A stretch of 64,000 nucleotides of DNA. It comes from Squalus acanthias (lineage: Eukaryota). This document shows, piece after piece, positions 53,390 to 64,000 of the stretch. The DNA lies in assembly GCA_030390025.1 (NCBI GenBank), contig CM059432.1, forward strand, positions 114,888,001 through 114,952,000, written 5' to 3'. Each line of letters opens with the position of its first letter. The stretch's first letter is position 1. The position numbers and the translations under genes were made by a program. A model generated the notes under the pieces. The model saw nothing but the letters and a program-made list of their open reading frames with translations, did not search any database and had not been told where the DNA came from.

Positions 53390-54572
53390 ATGGGAAACAT
53401 TTATTTCCTTTCATCATGGACCTCAGATTCGGACGAGGAGCAGCCACGGCAGCAGCAGAACCAGGCAGAACAGCAGCAGGAGCGCCAACCTCCTGCTCAC
53501 CCACCTGATGGTGCACAGGGCAGAAGGCGCCAGCGCATGGCAGCACGTCGCCGCAGGAGATACCCCCCTCTCAGGGTTTACAGACAGAGGATGAGCTTCC
53601 TCAACATAAGTGAGCAGCAGTGCCAAAGGAGGCTGAGACTTTCGCGAGAGGTTGTCGGAGGCATCTGCGCAATGCTGCACCAACACCTGGAGCCCAGAGG
53701 ATCCGGTGGACACCCCTTACCAGTGGCTGTCAAAGTCACCACCGCACTCAACTTTTTTGCTTCAGGCTCCTTCCAGGGATCATCAGCAGAATCTCCCAGT
53801 TGGCCGCCCACAGTTGCTTCACGCAGTTTACCGATGCCCTCTTCGCAAAGGCGCACAATTATATCAACTTTTCAACTGATCAAGCAAGTATAACCGCGCA
53901 AATATGGCAGGCTTGCCAATGGTGCAGGGCGTCATAGACTGCACACGTGTGGCCCTTAGGGCACCCCATCACAACCCAGCTATTTTTGTCAACCACAAGG
54001 GCTTCCACTCCCTCAACGTACAGCTGGTGTGTAACCACAAGAAGGAGATTTTGCATGTTTGCGCCAAGTACTGTGGCAGTTGCCATGACTCGTTCATCCT
54101 GCAGCAGTCTAGTGTGCCTCCGCTCTTCAATCCGCCAAACCAACTTAACGGATGGCTGCTTGGAGACAAGGGCTACCACCTGAAGACATGGCTAATGACG
54201 CCGATCAGGAGGCCATCAAACGAAGCTGAGGAGCGCTACAACGCCAGCCACATTTCGACCAGGTCCATCATCGAACAAACCATCGGCTTCCTGAAGATGC
54301 GATTCGGATGCCTTGACCAATCAGGTGGAGCCCTGCAGTACTCAGCAGCCAGGGTCTCCAGAATGGTCGTGGTCTGCTGTGCGCTGCACAACATCGCACA
54401 GCATCGTGGCTTGCAGCTTCCTGAGGAGCAAGTGGCTCAGCACATAGCCTCCTCAGATGAGGAGGAGGAGAACGATGACTGAGTGGAGGCGCATCAACCA
54501 GCAGCAGCAGCACGCGAGCACATTGCTGGCCGGAATGCAAAGGATGCACTCATCTTGGCCATATTTGCTTAG
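53390..54572 (+). pseudogene. Harbinger 3 transposase, frameshifted
   Basis: [44 protein letters not shown] and CCALHN motifs. Frame breaks at about 53790-53900 and a TGA at 54480. Confidence 0.92.
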
Positions 54573-54829
54573 GTTGCCCATTCTAGCACATGTGCTTGGC
54601 TCCTTCTTAGCACAAGATACACAATGGACATGACTCTCTGGCTTCCTCTCACTCTGACCACCAACCTGACCAAGCAAGTCTCGCTGAGGCTGCAATGTCG
54701 AACTTCCAAAACCGAAATCACAGAGGCCATAACGTCAACAGTTTGCCATCACCAGAGTTTAATACATTGACAAAGGGATGGCATTTAATCATTAAACACA
54801 AAAAAACACCCAAGTCACTGCCCTTGTGA

Positions 54830-56827
54830 CTAATTGTGCTTTATCTTCCTCTTACGCGTGCTCCTACGTGGTGCTTCCCCTGTGGCTTCAGCAGAAGTGG
54901 ACGCCCCTTGCTCACTTTCATGCTGCTCCTGCTTCCACACCTTTGGCGGGCGTCCTCTGTGTTTGCGAGCCTGTGAGGGCTCGCCAAAAGTCTGCTCCTC
55001 CTGCAGCTGTGCAGGGGCTGAGACGCCCATCTCAGTTGGGTGAGGACTCTGGTGTGGCTCTGACCGAGGGCAACGCAGGGGCATGGAAGTGTGAGCGCTT
55101 GGAGAGGAGCCCCCACTTCCTTGTTCTCTGTCACCAACATCCCTCTCATGGGTCAGCCCCACCTCAGCACTAGCAAGTGGCTTGAGAGCACCTTGCTGCA
55201 CATCAGGGGGGCCATGAAGTCCCGTCTCTGCACTGGCAATCCTACTGCTGAGGACTTCCATGAAGCTCTGGTCTCTCTGATCAATGCCATTGCTCCTCCA
55301 GAGATGTCAGTCTATTCTGAACATTGACCATGTTTTCAACACTCTGGCGACTTATCTCCTCCATGGCCCTGGCCATCATCTGCAGAGAGGCAGCCATTGA
55401 TACCATGGAGGTAGACATCGCTTCCACGGAGGTAGACATCACTTCCACGGAGGTAGCCAACCTTTCTGAGGAGATGCGCTCATGCGCCAATGACTCCACA
55501 AAGGTTCTGCTCATATTCGAGTTGGACTCCTCCATCCTCTCCACACACGCAGTGACCCTGGAGACAAAACCTGCCAGAGACTCCTGCACCTGTTCCTGGA
55601 GTTCCAGCACCGCTCTCCTTCTGGATGGACCCGGAGGCACAGGGTCCACATGCAGCTGAGCAGAGCTAGGAGAGTCCTGCGACATCCGACGAGGACTCTC
55701 TACTGCTGTCCCTGTCTCCACCACCTGCTGATGCTCACTTGTGAGCTGTGATACACCAGGTGACAACACTACTCTATCTCCCGAAGGTCCCACCGAGGTG
55801 TGCGTATCTGCGCTGGTGCTGGGTGCGCTTACATCTGCTGACGCTGCGCCCTCAGAGGTTGCAGGTTCCTATGAAGAGTCTTCCGGCTCAACCTCTTCCT
55901 CCTGGACAGTGGGGAAGGTGCCTGTCAATGGTCCTGTGGGGGAGTAAAGGAATGAGTTAGAGATGTTACAGTAGTGTGGCATGCACATGCAATAGCGCAG
56001 ATGATCAATTGCCATTCTATAAATGTACATGAGCAGCCATTTTAGTGACTGCTGCAATGTAAAAGAGAGAAGCAAAACTATTGTCACCAGCTTGCTCTGC
56101 TGCGCCCGTCTGTCCGTCCCCCACTTCCACCTCCACCTCAGCGCCAACGATTTCCAGGGCCGCCTCTTCAGCATTGGTCAAATGGGCGAGGGAAGGTGGC
56201 CCTCCTCCAGTCTTCGCCCTTTCCCTTTTATTGTGGGCTCTCTTTTCCTGCCATGAGGGAGACAAGTGGAGTTTGAGTGAGAATGATGGAGTGAGTGTAG
56301 AGACTCCAGCACATAGATGCTTAGAAGGAGACAAAGATGGAGTGAGGTTCCATTTCCAAGGGCCCTCCCTGTGTGTTGTTAGTCGTCATTGCATAACATT
56401 GTTAGGGAGTGTGAGGGCAGCATAGTCGAACAGTGAAGTGATTGTGTTCATAGAGTGAGTGGGATGGTTAAGGGTGCAAGGGTTGTAAGGGTGAAGTGGG
56501 ATGTGTAGGATGAGGTTGACAATGCAGAGTGCTGGTGATGAGAGGAGAAGGGGAGCAGAATGAGGGTCAAGCTGATGGTATACTCACTTTGGCTGATCTT
56601 ACAAGGTCAGTGAACCTCTTGCGGCACTGCAGCCATGTTCTGCTGCACACAGATCTGGAGGTTACATCCCGTGCCAGCTGCACCCAGACAGCCTTGGTTT
56701 GTTTGGGAGGCTTCTTCCTCCCAGATGAGGGGAAGAGCACCTCCTTGCTAGCTCTCACTCCCTCAACCAGAATACTCAGAGACTCATCTGAGAACCTCGG
56801 GGAGGCCTTGGCTCTCGAGTTGGCCAT
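54830..56827 (-). pseudogene. Harbinger 3 Myb/SANT-like gene, three exons
   Basis: Exons 56588-56827 (SPRFSDESL...W...RTWLQCRKRFTDL), 56088-56247 (EKRAHNKRERAKTGGG) and 55933-54830 (ending EAPRRSTRKRKIKHN), with GT-AG junctions in compatible phase. One TAG at 55869-55871 and a frameshift near 55280. Confidence 0.88.
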
Positions 56828-57096
56828 CTCTTCTCAGCGAAGTGTTCAGCCACAAAACGGCAGTGAAATGAGCCAAGGAAGCAAGCAGCCCTTAAATGAA
56901 GCTGCATAAGTGGCGTCAGCAGAGGCGAGTTTCAGTCCAAAAAAAGTAATTGGCCCAGGGGAACCCACACGCCCGGAGTTAATTCGGCAATTAGGGGAAA
57001 ATCCCAACTTTTTCCCACCTGACAGTGGAGGCAGGTTCGGCACCCGCCCGCCCACAAACCTGCTTCCAACCTGCTTCCAATGGGAAAATCGCCCCC

Positions 57097-57672
57097 ATAG
57101 AAACTTACAGCACAGGAGGCCATTCGGCCCGCCGTGCCTGTGCTGTCTCTTTGAAAGAGCAGTCGTGCTTCGTCCCACATCCCCGTTTTTTGTCCCTAAC
57201 CCTGTAAATTCCTCATCCTCAAGTCCTGTCCAACTCCCGTTTAAAATTATTTATGGAATCAGCTTCCATCACATTTTCAGGTCGAGCGTTCCAGATCCCG
57301 ATAACTCTCTGAGTGAAAAAATTTCTCCTCATCTCCCCTCTAGATCTTTTTCCAATGATTTTAAATCTATGACCTCTGGTTATTGACTCACTGAGGGAAT
57401 AGTTTTCCTCTATCTACTCTATCAAAACCTCTCATCATCTTGAAAACCTCTGTTAGGTCAACTCTTAACCTTCTCTGCTCTAAGGAGAACAGTCCCAGCT
57501 TCTCCAACTTCTCCTCATAACTGAAGTCCCTCATCCCTGGTAACATCCTAGTAAACCTCCTCTGTACCCTTTCGAAGGCCTTTACATCTTTCCTGAAGTG
57601 TGGTGCCCAGAATTGTCTGCAAAAACCCAGCTGAGGCCCAACCAATGATTTATAAAGTTCGAGCATGATCTC
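57097..57672 (-). mobile_element. CR1 3' fragment
   Basis: LYKSLVGPQLG...QRRFTRMLPG motifs. Its tail continues at 52861-52873 on the other side of Harbinger 3. Confidence 0.9.
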
Positions 57673-57933
57673 TTTCCCTCACTTTCCCACCGAGCAGGTA
57701 CCCATGATTTGCTGATATTGACATGGGCGCTGACGTCAGGCATTTGGATCACTGTTAAGCCCCAAATACCCCTCTGTAGCCATAGTTACAGTGGCAGAGT
57801 GGGATCACAGGTTTTCAGGCCCACTCTCCCTTAGCCATTCAAGACACATCTTATAATAAGAACTGTTAAAAATACAAAGACAGTCAGTTTTGGTGTATAC
57901 CATAATTTTTTATAAGACTAAAGTATATTCCAT

Positions 57934-57952
57934 CAGCTCCCTCTAGTGGCCA
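57934..57952 (-). promoter_or_regulatory. Candidate CTCF binding site
   Basis: TGGCCACTAGAGGGAGCTG closely matches the CTCF core consensus and lies in apparently unique AT-rich sequence. Confidence 0.5.
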
Positions 57953-58806
57953 ATCATCACCATCACAGTTATTTTAACAACTGGAAATTAAATGGAAGGC
58001 ATGCTAGTGTATCAGGCAAAAAACAGAATCAAGTTCTGAAGATATCTCCTGACCCTCTAACCACATAAATTTATACTATTAGAGAAGTTAAGAGTATATA
58101 CAGCGTCAGTATTAAATGACATTTCTATTTTCTTTAGCTTGTCTAATGCTGATGATTATTGGAACAGAGCGCAGAAATTAAGCGAATGAAAACACAGGGA
58201 CATATAAAGGAATCTGGAATGACACTGACACAATCCTACATAAATAAACTGAGAAGTTATTTTGCTGGAGGCACAAACATCAACTGTAATGCATCAATCA
58301 GCCAATGTTGTACATGTAAACTGAAGGTTTGGTGCAAAATAAAACAGAAGGTCACATGCAGTCATGCTTTTATACAGTCTTTAAATTGCTAAAATCACAT
58401 TTTACAAAAGAATGGATGGAATGCAACTTCAGGGCAAATCACCATCTATTCAAAATAAGTTGGCTGGAACTGGCACTAGCGGGACCAGTTAACAGAAACA
58501 TGGCATTAATGTAGTGGCATTTTCGATGCCGACCTTAAGCACAGTTTATGGCTTTAGCTCCTTCAGTTACCTCCTTGTAATGAGCCCAACTATGATTGTA
58601 TTACAACCATTATCTTTAGTGTAGATACCCTCATATATCAGCTACACAGAGCACCACGCACGCTGTCAGTAGTCACCATGAGAGGCACTTTTGTTGTGAA
58701 GACCAAAAACTGAATAAAATGAAACCCCATAAATTTCACAGCATTGGTAATTCAATGTCATTTTTTTCAACAAAAAAAATTCCAATTCTTTTAATTAAGC
58801 AATGTA

Positions 58807-59143
58807 AACTTGCCAAGGCTTCTTTGACAGCACCTCCCAAAAGTGCAACCTCTACCAACTAGAAGGACAAGGGCAGCAGGCGCATAGGAACACCATCACC
58901 TCCAAGTTCCCCTCCAAGTCACACACCATCCTGACTAGGAAATATATCGCCGATCCTTCATCATTGCTGGGTCAAAATCCTGGAACTCCGTCCCTAACAG
59001 CACTGTGGGAGTACCTTCACCACGCGGACTGCAGCGGTTCAAGAAGGCGGCTCACCACGACCTTCTCAAGGGCAATTAGGGATGGGCAATAAATGCTGGC
59101 CTTGTCAGCGACGCCCGCATCCCGGGAACGAATATAAAAAAAA
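58807..59143 (+). mobile_element. 3' end of the same LINE family as 1073-1782
   Basis: Closely similar to 1447-1780. Confidence 0.88.
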
Positions 59144-59465
59144 TAACTGCAGTGGGAATTTTGTGCTAGAAAATGAATCATCAGAATTTGATTTAAGTAA
59201 CTTTGAATTAGGAGGAGTAGACTGTATATAATGCAGTGATTTTAAGACTGCAATCTCATCGGAAGGTTTAGATGACAGCTAAAGGACAGGAATAAAGCTT
59301 TTTTATAATGTCACCTAAACCCTGAATGAGGTTTCTGGGTTGCACTGACTCCTAGGTAGCCACTATATTCTCTGCATGGATGAAGACAGAAAGAAACAAT
59401 GCATTTATATAACACCTTATTGCATCTCTCAAACGTCTCAAAGTGCTTCACAAACAATTCATTCT

Positions 59466-59850
59466 GGGTATGGTAGTGTAGTAGTTATGTTACTGGACTA
59501 ATAATCTGGAGAACATTAGTTCAAATCCCACCATGGCAGTTTGAGAATTTGAATTTGGTTAAAAAAGAATCTGGAAATAAAAAGTGACCATGAAGCTGTT
59601 GGATTGTCATAAAAATCCAATTGGTTCATTTAGGGAAGGAAACCTCCCGTCCTTACCCGGTCTGGCCTACATGTGACTCCAGTCCCACACCAATGTGGTT
59701 GACTCTTAACTGCCCTCTGAAGTGGCCCAGCAAGCCACTCAGCTTTATCAAATAGAAGAAGGTTCGTCACCACCTTCTCAGGGCAACTAGGATGGGCAAC
59801 AAGTGACTGCCTTGCCAGCGATGCCCACTTCCCAAGAATGAATTATTTTT
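59466..59850 (+). mobile_element. tRNA-derived SINE with a LINE-derived 3' tail
   Basis: A-box-like TAGTGTAGTAG and B-box GTTCAAATCC in the head. The last ~85 bp match the 3' end of the LINE at 1073 and 58807. Confidence 0.75.
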
Positions 59851-60480
59851 AATTACTATTCTTTTTGAAGTGTAGTGTTGCTATGTAGGGAATGCCAAAT
59901 TTTATTGTCCCCAAGCCCCTATTCTAATGCTATAGCCACTATCCATTACAGAATTCTGAAACAGTTTCAGAATAAAACCAATTACCTGAGCAACAACAAA
60001 TCACGTAAACTCCAAAGGGATTTGCATTAAAAAACTAAATCTAGTTTTTCAAACTACAAAATACAACAAACTAACTTTCTGAAAATGCAACAAATCATGG
60101 AAATTTCAAGATAGAAAAACAAAGGGTTAAAATACAAAGCCACTACAATTTATTATCCTTTTTAACCTCACATCTCTCCAATCTGTTAAAATCCCAAGTG
60201 ATGCCAATTTAATTAAAGATAAACTTAAGCACTTCAGACACAGAATTCCCACAGAAATACTGTATAACACATTGAAACTGATGCTCAACCTAGACTTTAC
60301 AAAGGTAAGATCATCAGACCAATTTATAAGTGTTACAAGATAGCAAATAGAACAGAGAAAAGTCAAAGCTTCCTGTTTTACGAAGCACCAGAATTAATTT
60401 TTAAAAATTTCATACTGATTAGGTCTGAAGTGGTGAGTAAAACAGTGAGAATAGTTACTTCAGCTACAATGACATAATTC

Positions 60481-60721
60481 TGTTGTGGCGGATCGCAACC
60501 GAAAACGGGCATAATCCACTCTTCCGTCTGTGGACAAATTTCCAGCACCTTCCCCTTTAAGGCACCTTACCTTTAAGGCAGAAGGGGGCGGGGCCTCAGG
60601 TTTTACCCAGAGAATTCTGGGAGCTTTTGAGTCTGCCATTTTGACCATGCTGTGATTAAAAAGTCTCTTGTTCAACACAAATGGATTCAGCCTTAATTCG
60701 TGTTTCGCGGCAGCCTCAACA
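60481..60721 (+). repeat. 5' LTR of the Gypsy element
   Basis: TG...CA ends with inverted termini TGTTGTGGC / GCCTCAACA and an internal ATTAAA, immediately followed by the PBS. Confidence 0.85.
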
Positions 60722-60722
60722 T

Positions 60723-60736
60723 TGGTGACCCCGACG
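60723..60736 (+). other. Primer binding site complementary to tRNA-Trp
   Basis: TGGTGACCCCGACG is the reverse complement of the recalled tRNA-Trp 3' end (CGTCGGGGTCACCA). Confidence 0.85.
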
Positions 60737-63700
60737 CTCAGAACGTATTCCGAGCACTGCAATGGCGGACACGAACGCAGTTTCCGTGAAACTGCCGGAG
60801 TTTTGGGAAAACCAGCCCGAAGCCTGGTTTCTCCAAGCTGAATCTCGCTTCCGGCTGTGAAATATCACCACAGATGGGACGAAGTACGACTATCTCGTCA
60901 CATCACTCGGTAGCGCCGCAGTTTCCAAGGTTTGGACAACGTTGCAGGACCCACCAGAGGAAGGCAAGTACGCGCATCTCAGGACAACGCTCCTTAAAAA
61001 ATTTACGGCCTCGGCATATCAGCGAAACTGCCACCTCCTCGACCTTCCAGGCCTCGGTGATGCCTCACCGTCAGACCTCCTCTCCCACATGCTCTCCCTC
61101 ACCGACGAGAGCCCACCCGGATCCCTCTTCCGCACGCTGTTCATCCGCCAGCTCCCTCTCAGCATCCGCTCAGCGATCGTGGCTTCCGGCCTCACAAACC
61201 TGGAAGCCCTGGCCGATGAGGCCGACAAGCTGCTATCCGCTCACTCCAGCCGCGACGTCACTCCGGACCTGGCAGCCAATGCCTGGGCGCGCCCCTCACC
61301 ATCCAGCATGCGGCCACAAGGGCCTGTCACCAGGCCCACGGGGCCTTCACGCCCCACTAACCCGGGCCACTGTTACTACCACGCACAGTTCGGCGCCAGG
61401 GCACAACAGTGCACACCTCCCTGCTCTTTCAAGTCCGCCCCTGTACCAGCCCCCGCGATGGCCGTGGGCCACGCAGGCTCCCTGCTGTTCATCACGGATG
61501 ACAAAACCGGCCGCCGGTTCCTGTGCGACACTGGGGCTCAGCGCAGCATCATCCCGGCCTCCTCCCTCGACATCCAAAAGGGCGAACGAGGACTGGCGCT
61601 GGCTGCTGCTAACGGCTCGGAAATCCGGACGTATGGCACCCGGACAGTCACCCTTGACCTCGCTGGTCACCGCTACCGATGGGAGTTCATCACTGCCAAG
61701 GTGCTCTCCCCCCTCATCGGCGCAGATTTCCTGTGCGCCCACGGCCTACTGGTAGACATCCCTCGTCACCGCCTCGTGGACATGAACACCATGTCCCCCA
61801 TCCTGGGCGCCATGGCCCCCCGTCAACCCGCCGACATGGCGTCACAGTGCCACGCCCGGGCCACGGATGACTACTCGGCACTCCTGGCCGAATTCCCGGC
61901 CCTTACCAATCCGACCTTCTCCGCGGAGGCCGCCAAACACGGGGTGGAACACTTCATCCCCACCACAGGCCCCCCAGTGTACGCCCACGCCCGCAGGCTG
62001 GTTCCGGCCAAACTGGAGATCGCGCGGACCGAGTTTGCCACCATGGAACAGCTCGGCATCATCCGCCGCTCCAACACTCCCCACTCCACATCGCCCCCAA
62101 ACCAGGCGGAGGTTGGCGCCCCTGCCGGGATTACCGCCGCCTCAATGACGCCACCACCCCTGATCGGTACCCCGTGCCGCACATTCAGGACTTCTCGGCT
62201 AGACTGGCCGGCCGCTCAGTCTTTTCCAAGGTCGGCCTGGTGCGCGGCTACCACCAAGTCCCCGTCCACCCCGCAGACGTCCCCAAGACGGCCGTAATCA
62301 CCCCCTTCGGCCTGTTCGAGTTCCTGCGGATGCCCTTCGGCCTCAAAAACGCGGCCCAGGCATTCCAACGGCTCATGGACTCGGTCCTTCGGGACCTGAA
62401 GTTCCTGTTCGTCTACCTGGACGACATCCTGGTAGCCAGTTCCTCCAAGCAGGAACACCTCGAACACCTTCGCATCCTGTTCGGGCGCCTCAGCGACCAC
62501 GGGCTCATCCTCAGCCCAGCCAAATGCCAGTTCGGCCTGGACAAGATCGACTTCCTCGGCCACCACATCACCCATGCTGGGGCCATTCCCCTGCCCACCA
62601 AGGTGCAGGCCGTCCAACAATTTCCCCGCCCCACCACCATCAAAGGCCTCCAGGAGTTCCTCGGGATGGTGAATTTCTATAACCGCTTCATTCCCAAAGC
62701 GGCGTCCCTCATGAGGCCCCTGTATTAATCCCTCCGGGGCAGGAGCGGCAAGATGGCGGTCGAATGGACGGCAGACGCGTCCGCCGCCTTCGATTCCACC
62801 AAGACCGCGCTCGCCAACGCCACCCTGCTCGCGCACCCACGGCCCAATGCCAGGGTAGCGCTCACCACGGACGCCTCCGACCACGCGGTCGGCGCCGTGT
62901 ATGAGCAGTGGGTCGACGGCGCCTGGCAACCACTTGCCTTCTTCAGCCGCCAACTACGCCCCCCGGAGGTCAAGTACAGCACCTTCGACCGCGAGCTCCT
63001 CGCGCTGTTCCTGGCGGTCCGCCATTTCCGGTTTTTGCTTGAGGGCCACCCCTTCACTGCGTTTGTCGACCACAAGCCCCTGACATTCGCAATGGCAAAG
63101 ACAACCGACCCCTGGTCCGCCAGGCAGCAGCGCAAGCTCGCGGCTGTGTCCGAGTTCACCACGGACATCCAACACGTCTCCGGCCGAGACAATGTGGTAG
63201 CCGACTGCCTCTCCCGCCCCAACATCCATGCCGCACACCTAGCAGTCGACTACGCTCAACTCGCAGCAGACCAGATCACCGACCCTGATCTGCTCTCCGC
63301 ACCCACCAACATACCAGGGCTACGCCTGGCCGACGTCGCCTGTGGCCCGACCGCAGTCACGGTCAAGTGCGACATATCCCTATGTCAACCTCGGCCCGTC
63401 GTCCCAGCGTCCTGGCGCCGCCAGGTATTCGACATTCTCCACAACCTCTCCCACCCCGGCGCCCGCGCATCCATCAAATTGGTAGCCAACCGCTTTGTCT
63501 GGCGCGGCCTTCGCAAGGATGTGCGTACTTGGGCCAACTCCTGCCTAGCCTGCCAACGGGCCAAGGTACAGCAACACACGAAAGCACCCCTCGAGGAGTT
63601 TACCGTCCCCTCGCGGAGATTCGACCACATCCACGTGGACATCGTCGGGCCCCTGCCACCGTCGCAAGGCCACACGCACTTGCTGACCATCGTTGACCGC

Positions 63701-64000
63701 ACCACACGCTGGCCTGAGGCAATTCCACTGACCTCTACCACCACCGCCGACATCGCCAGAGCCTTCGTCAGCACCTGGGTCGCACGGTTCGGCGTCCCCT
63801 CCGACATGACGTCGGACAGAGGTCCGCAATTTACCTCTGAACTCTGGACCGCCGTCGCACGCAATCTCGGGGTGACCATTCACCGCATCACAGCATACCA
63901 CCCCCAAGCCAACGGACTGTGTGAGCGGTTCCACAGATCCTTGAAGGCATCTCTTCGAGCCAGCCTCCAAGACGGCGCCTGGACCGACCGACTTCCGTGG

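Larger units (their letters stand above)
52874..57096. mobile_element. Full-length PIF/Harbinger DNA transposon 3
   Basis: 16-bp TIR GGGGG(T/C)GATTTTCCCA and 3-bp TSD ATA. Convergent transposase (+) and Myb gene (-). Inserted in the tail of a minus-strand CR1. Confidence 0.95.
60481..64000 (+). mobile_element. Ty3/Gypsy LTR retrotransposon, CsRn1-like, truncated by the window edge
   Basis: ATG 60762 gag (KLPEFW...PEAWF; CYYH-x9-C-x3-C), protease LCDTGA, RT (PFGLKNA, YLDD), RNase H (TDASD) and integrase (H...H...CLAC, HVDIVGP, SDRGPQF) in Gypsy order. Stops at 60858 and 62726, frameshift near 62080. Confidence 0.95.

Noticed and set aside
53904..54482. Domesticated HARBI1 gene
   Set aside because: It lies within TIRs and a TSD, is paired with a Myb gene and is frameshifted, so it is a transposon copy.
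59466..59540. tRNA gene
   Set aside because: Only degenerate A/B boxes with no convincing cloverleaf. It continues into a SINE body.
62216..62953. 245-aa antisense ORF in the Gypsy pol
   Set aside because: Expected shadow ORF of a GC-rich coding strand, with no motif support.

Overview
Eukaryotic (vertebrate) genomic DNA. The repeat set (CR1 LINEs, DeuSINE-like SINEs, Penelope-like elements, Harbinger transposons) suggests a cartilaginous fish; this is inference. The window appears to lie inside a minus-strand RIMS2 gene. Two exons are visible: the zinc-finger/linker exon at 48275-48609 and a short exon at 44781-44905 that resembles the RIM2-beta alternative first exon but carries an in-frame TAA. 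The rest is intronic and largely made of nested transposons: three Harbinger elements (transposase plus intron-containing Myb/SANT gene), Harbinger-like MITEs, many CR1 copies (one near full length), an L2 fragment, SINEs, a Neptune-type Penelope-like element with hammerhead-ribozyme motifs, two short palindromic Penelope-like derivatives, and a CsRn1-type Gypsy LTR retrotransposon running off the right edge. The most notable observations are the stop codon in the beta-type exon, the size series of hammerhead-bearing fold-back elements, an unexplained 235-bp palindrome, a SINE/LINE pair sharing a 3' tail, and an apparent locally templated inverted CR1 copy. All family and gene names come from recalled motifs, not from database searches.
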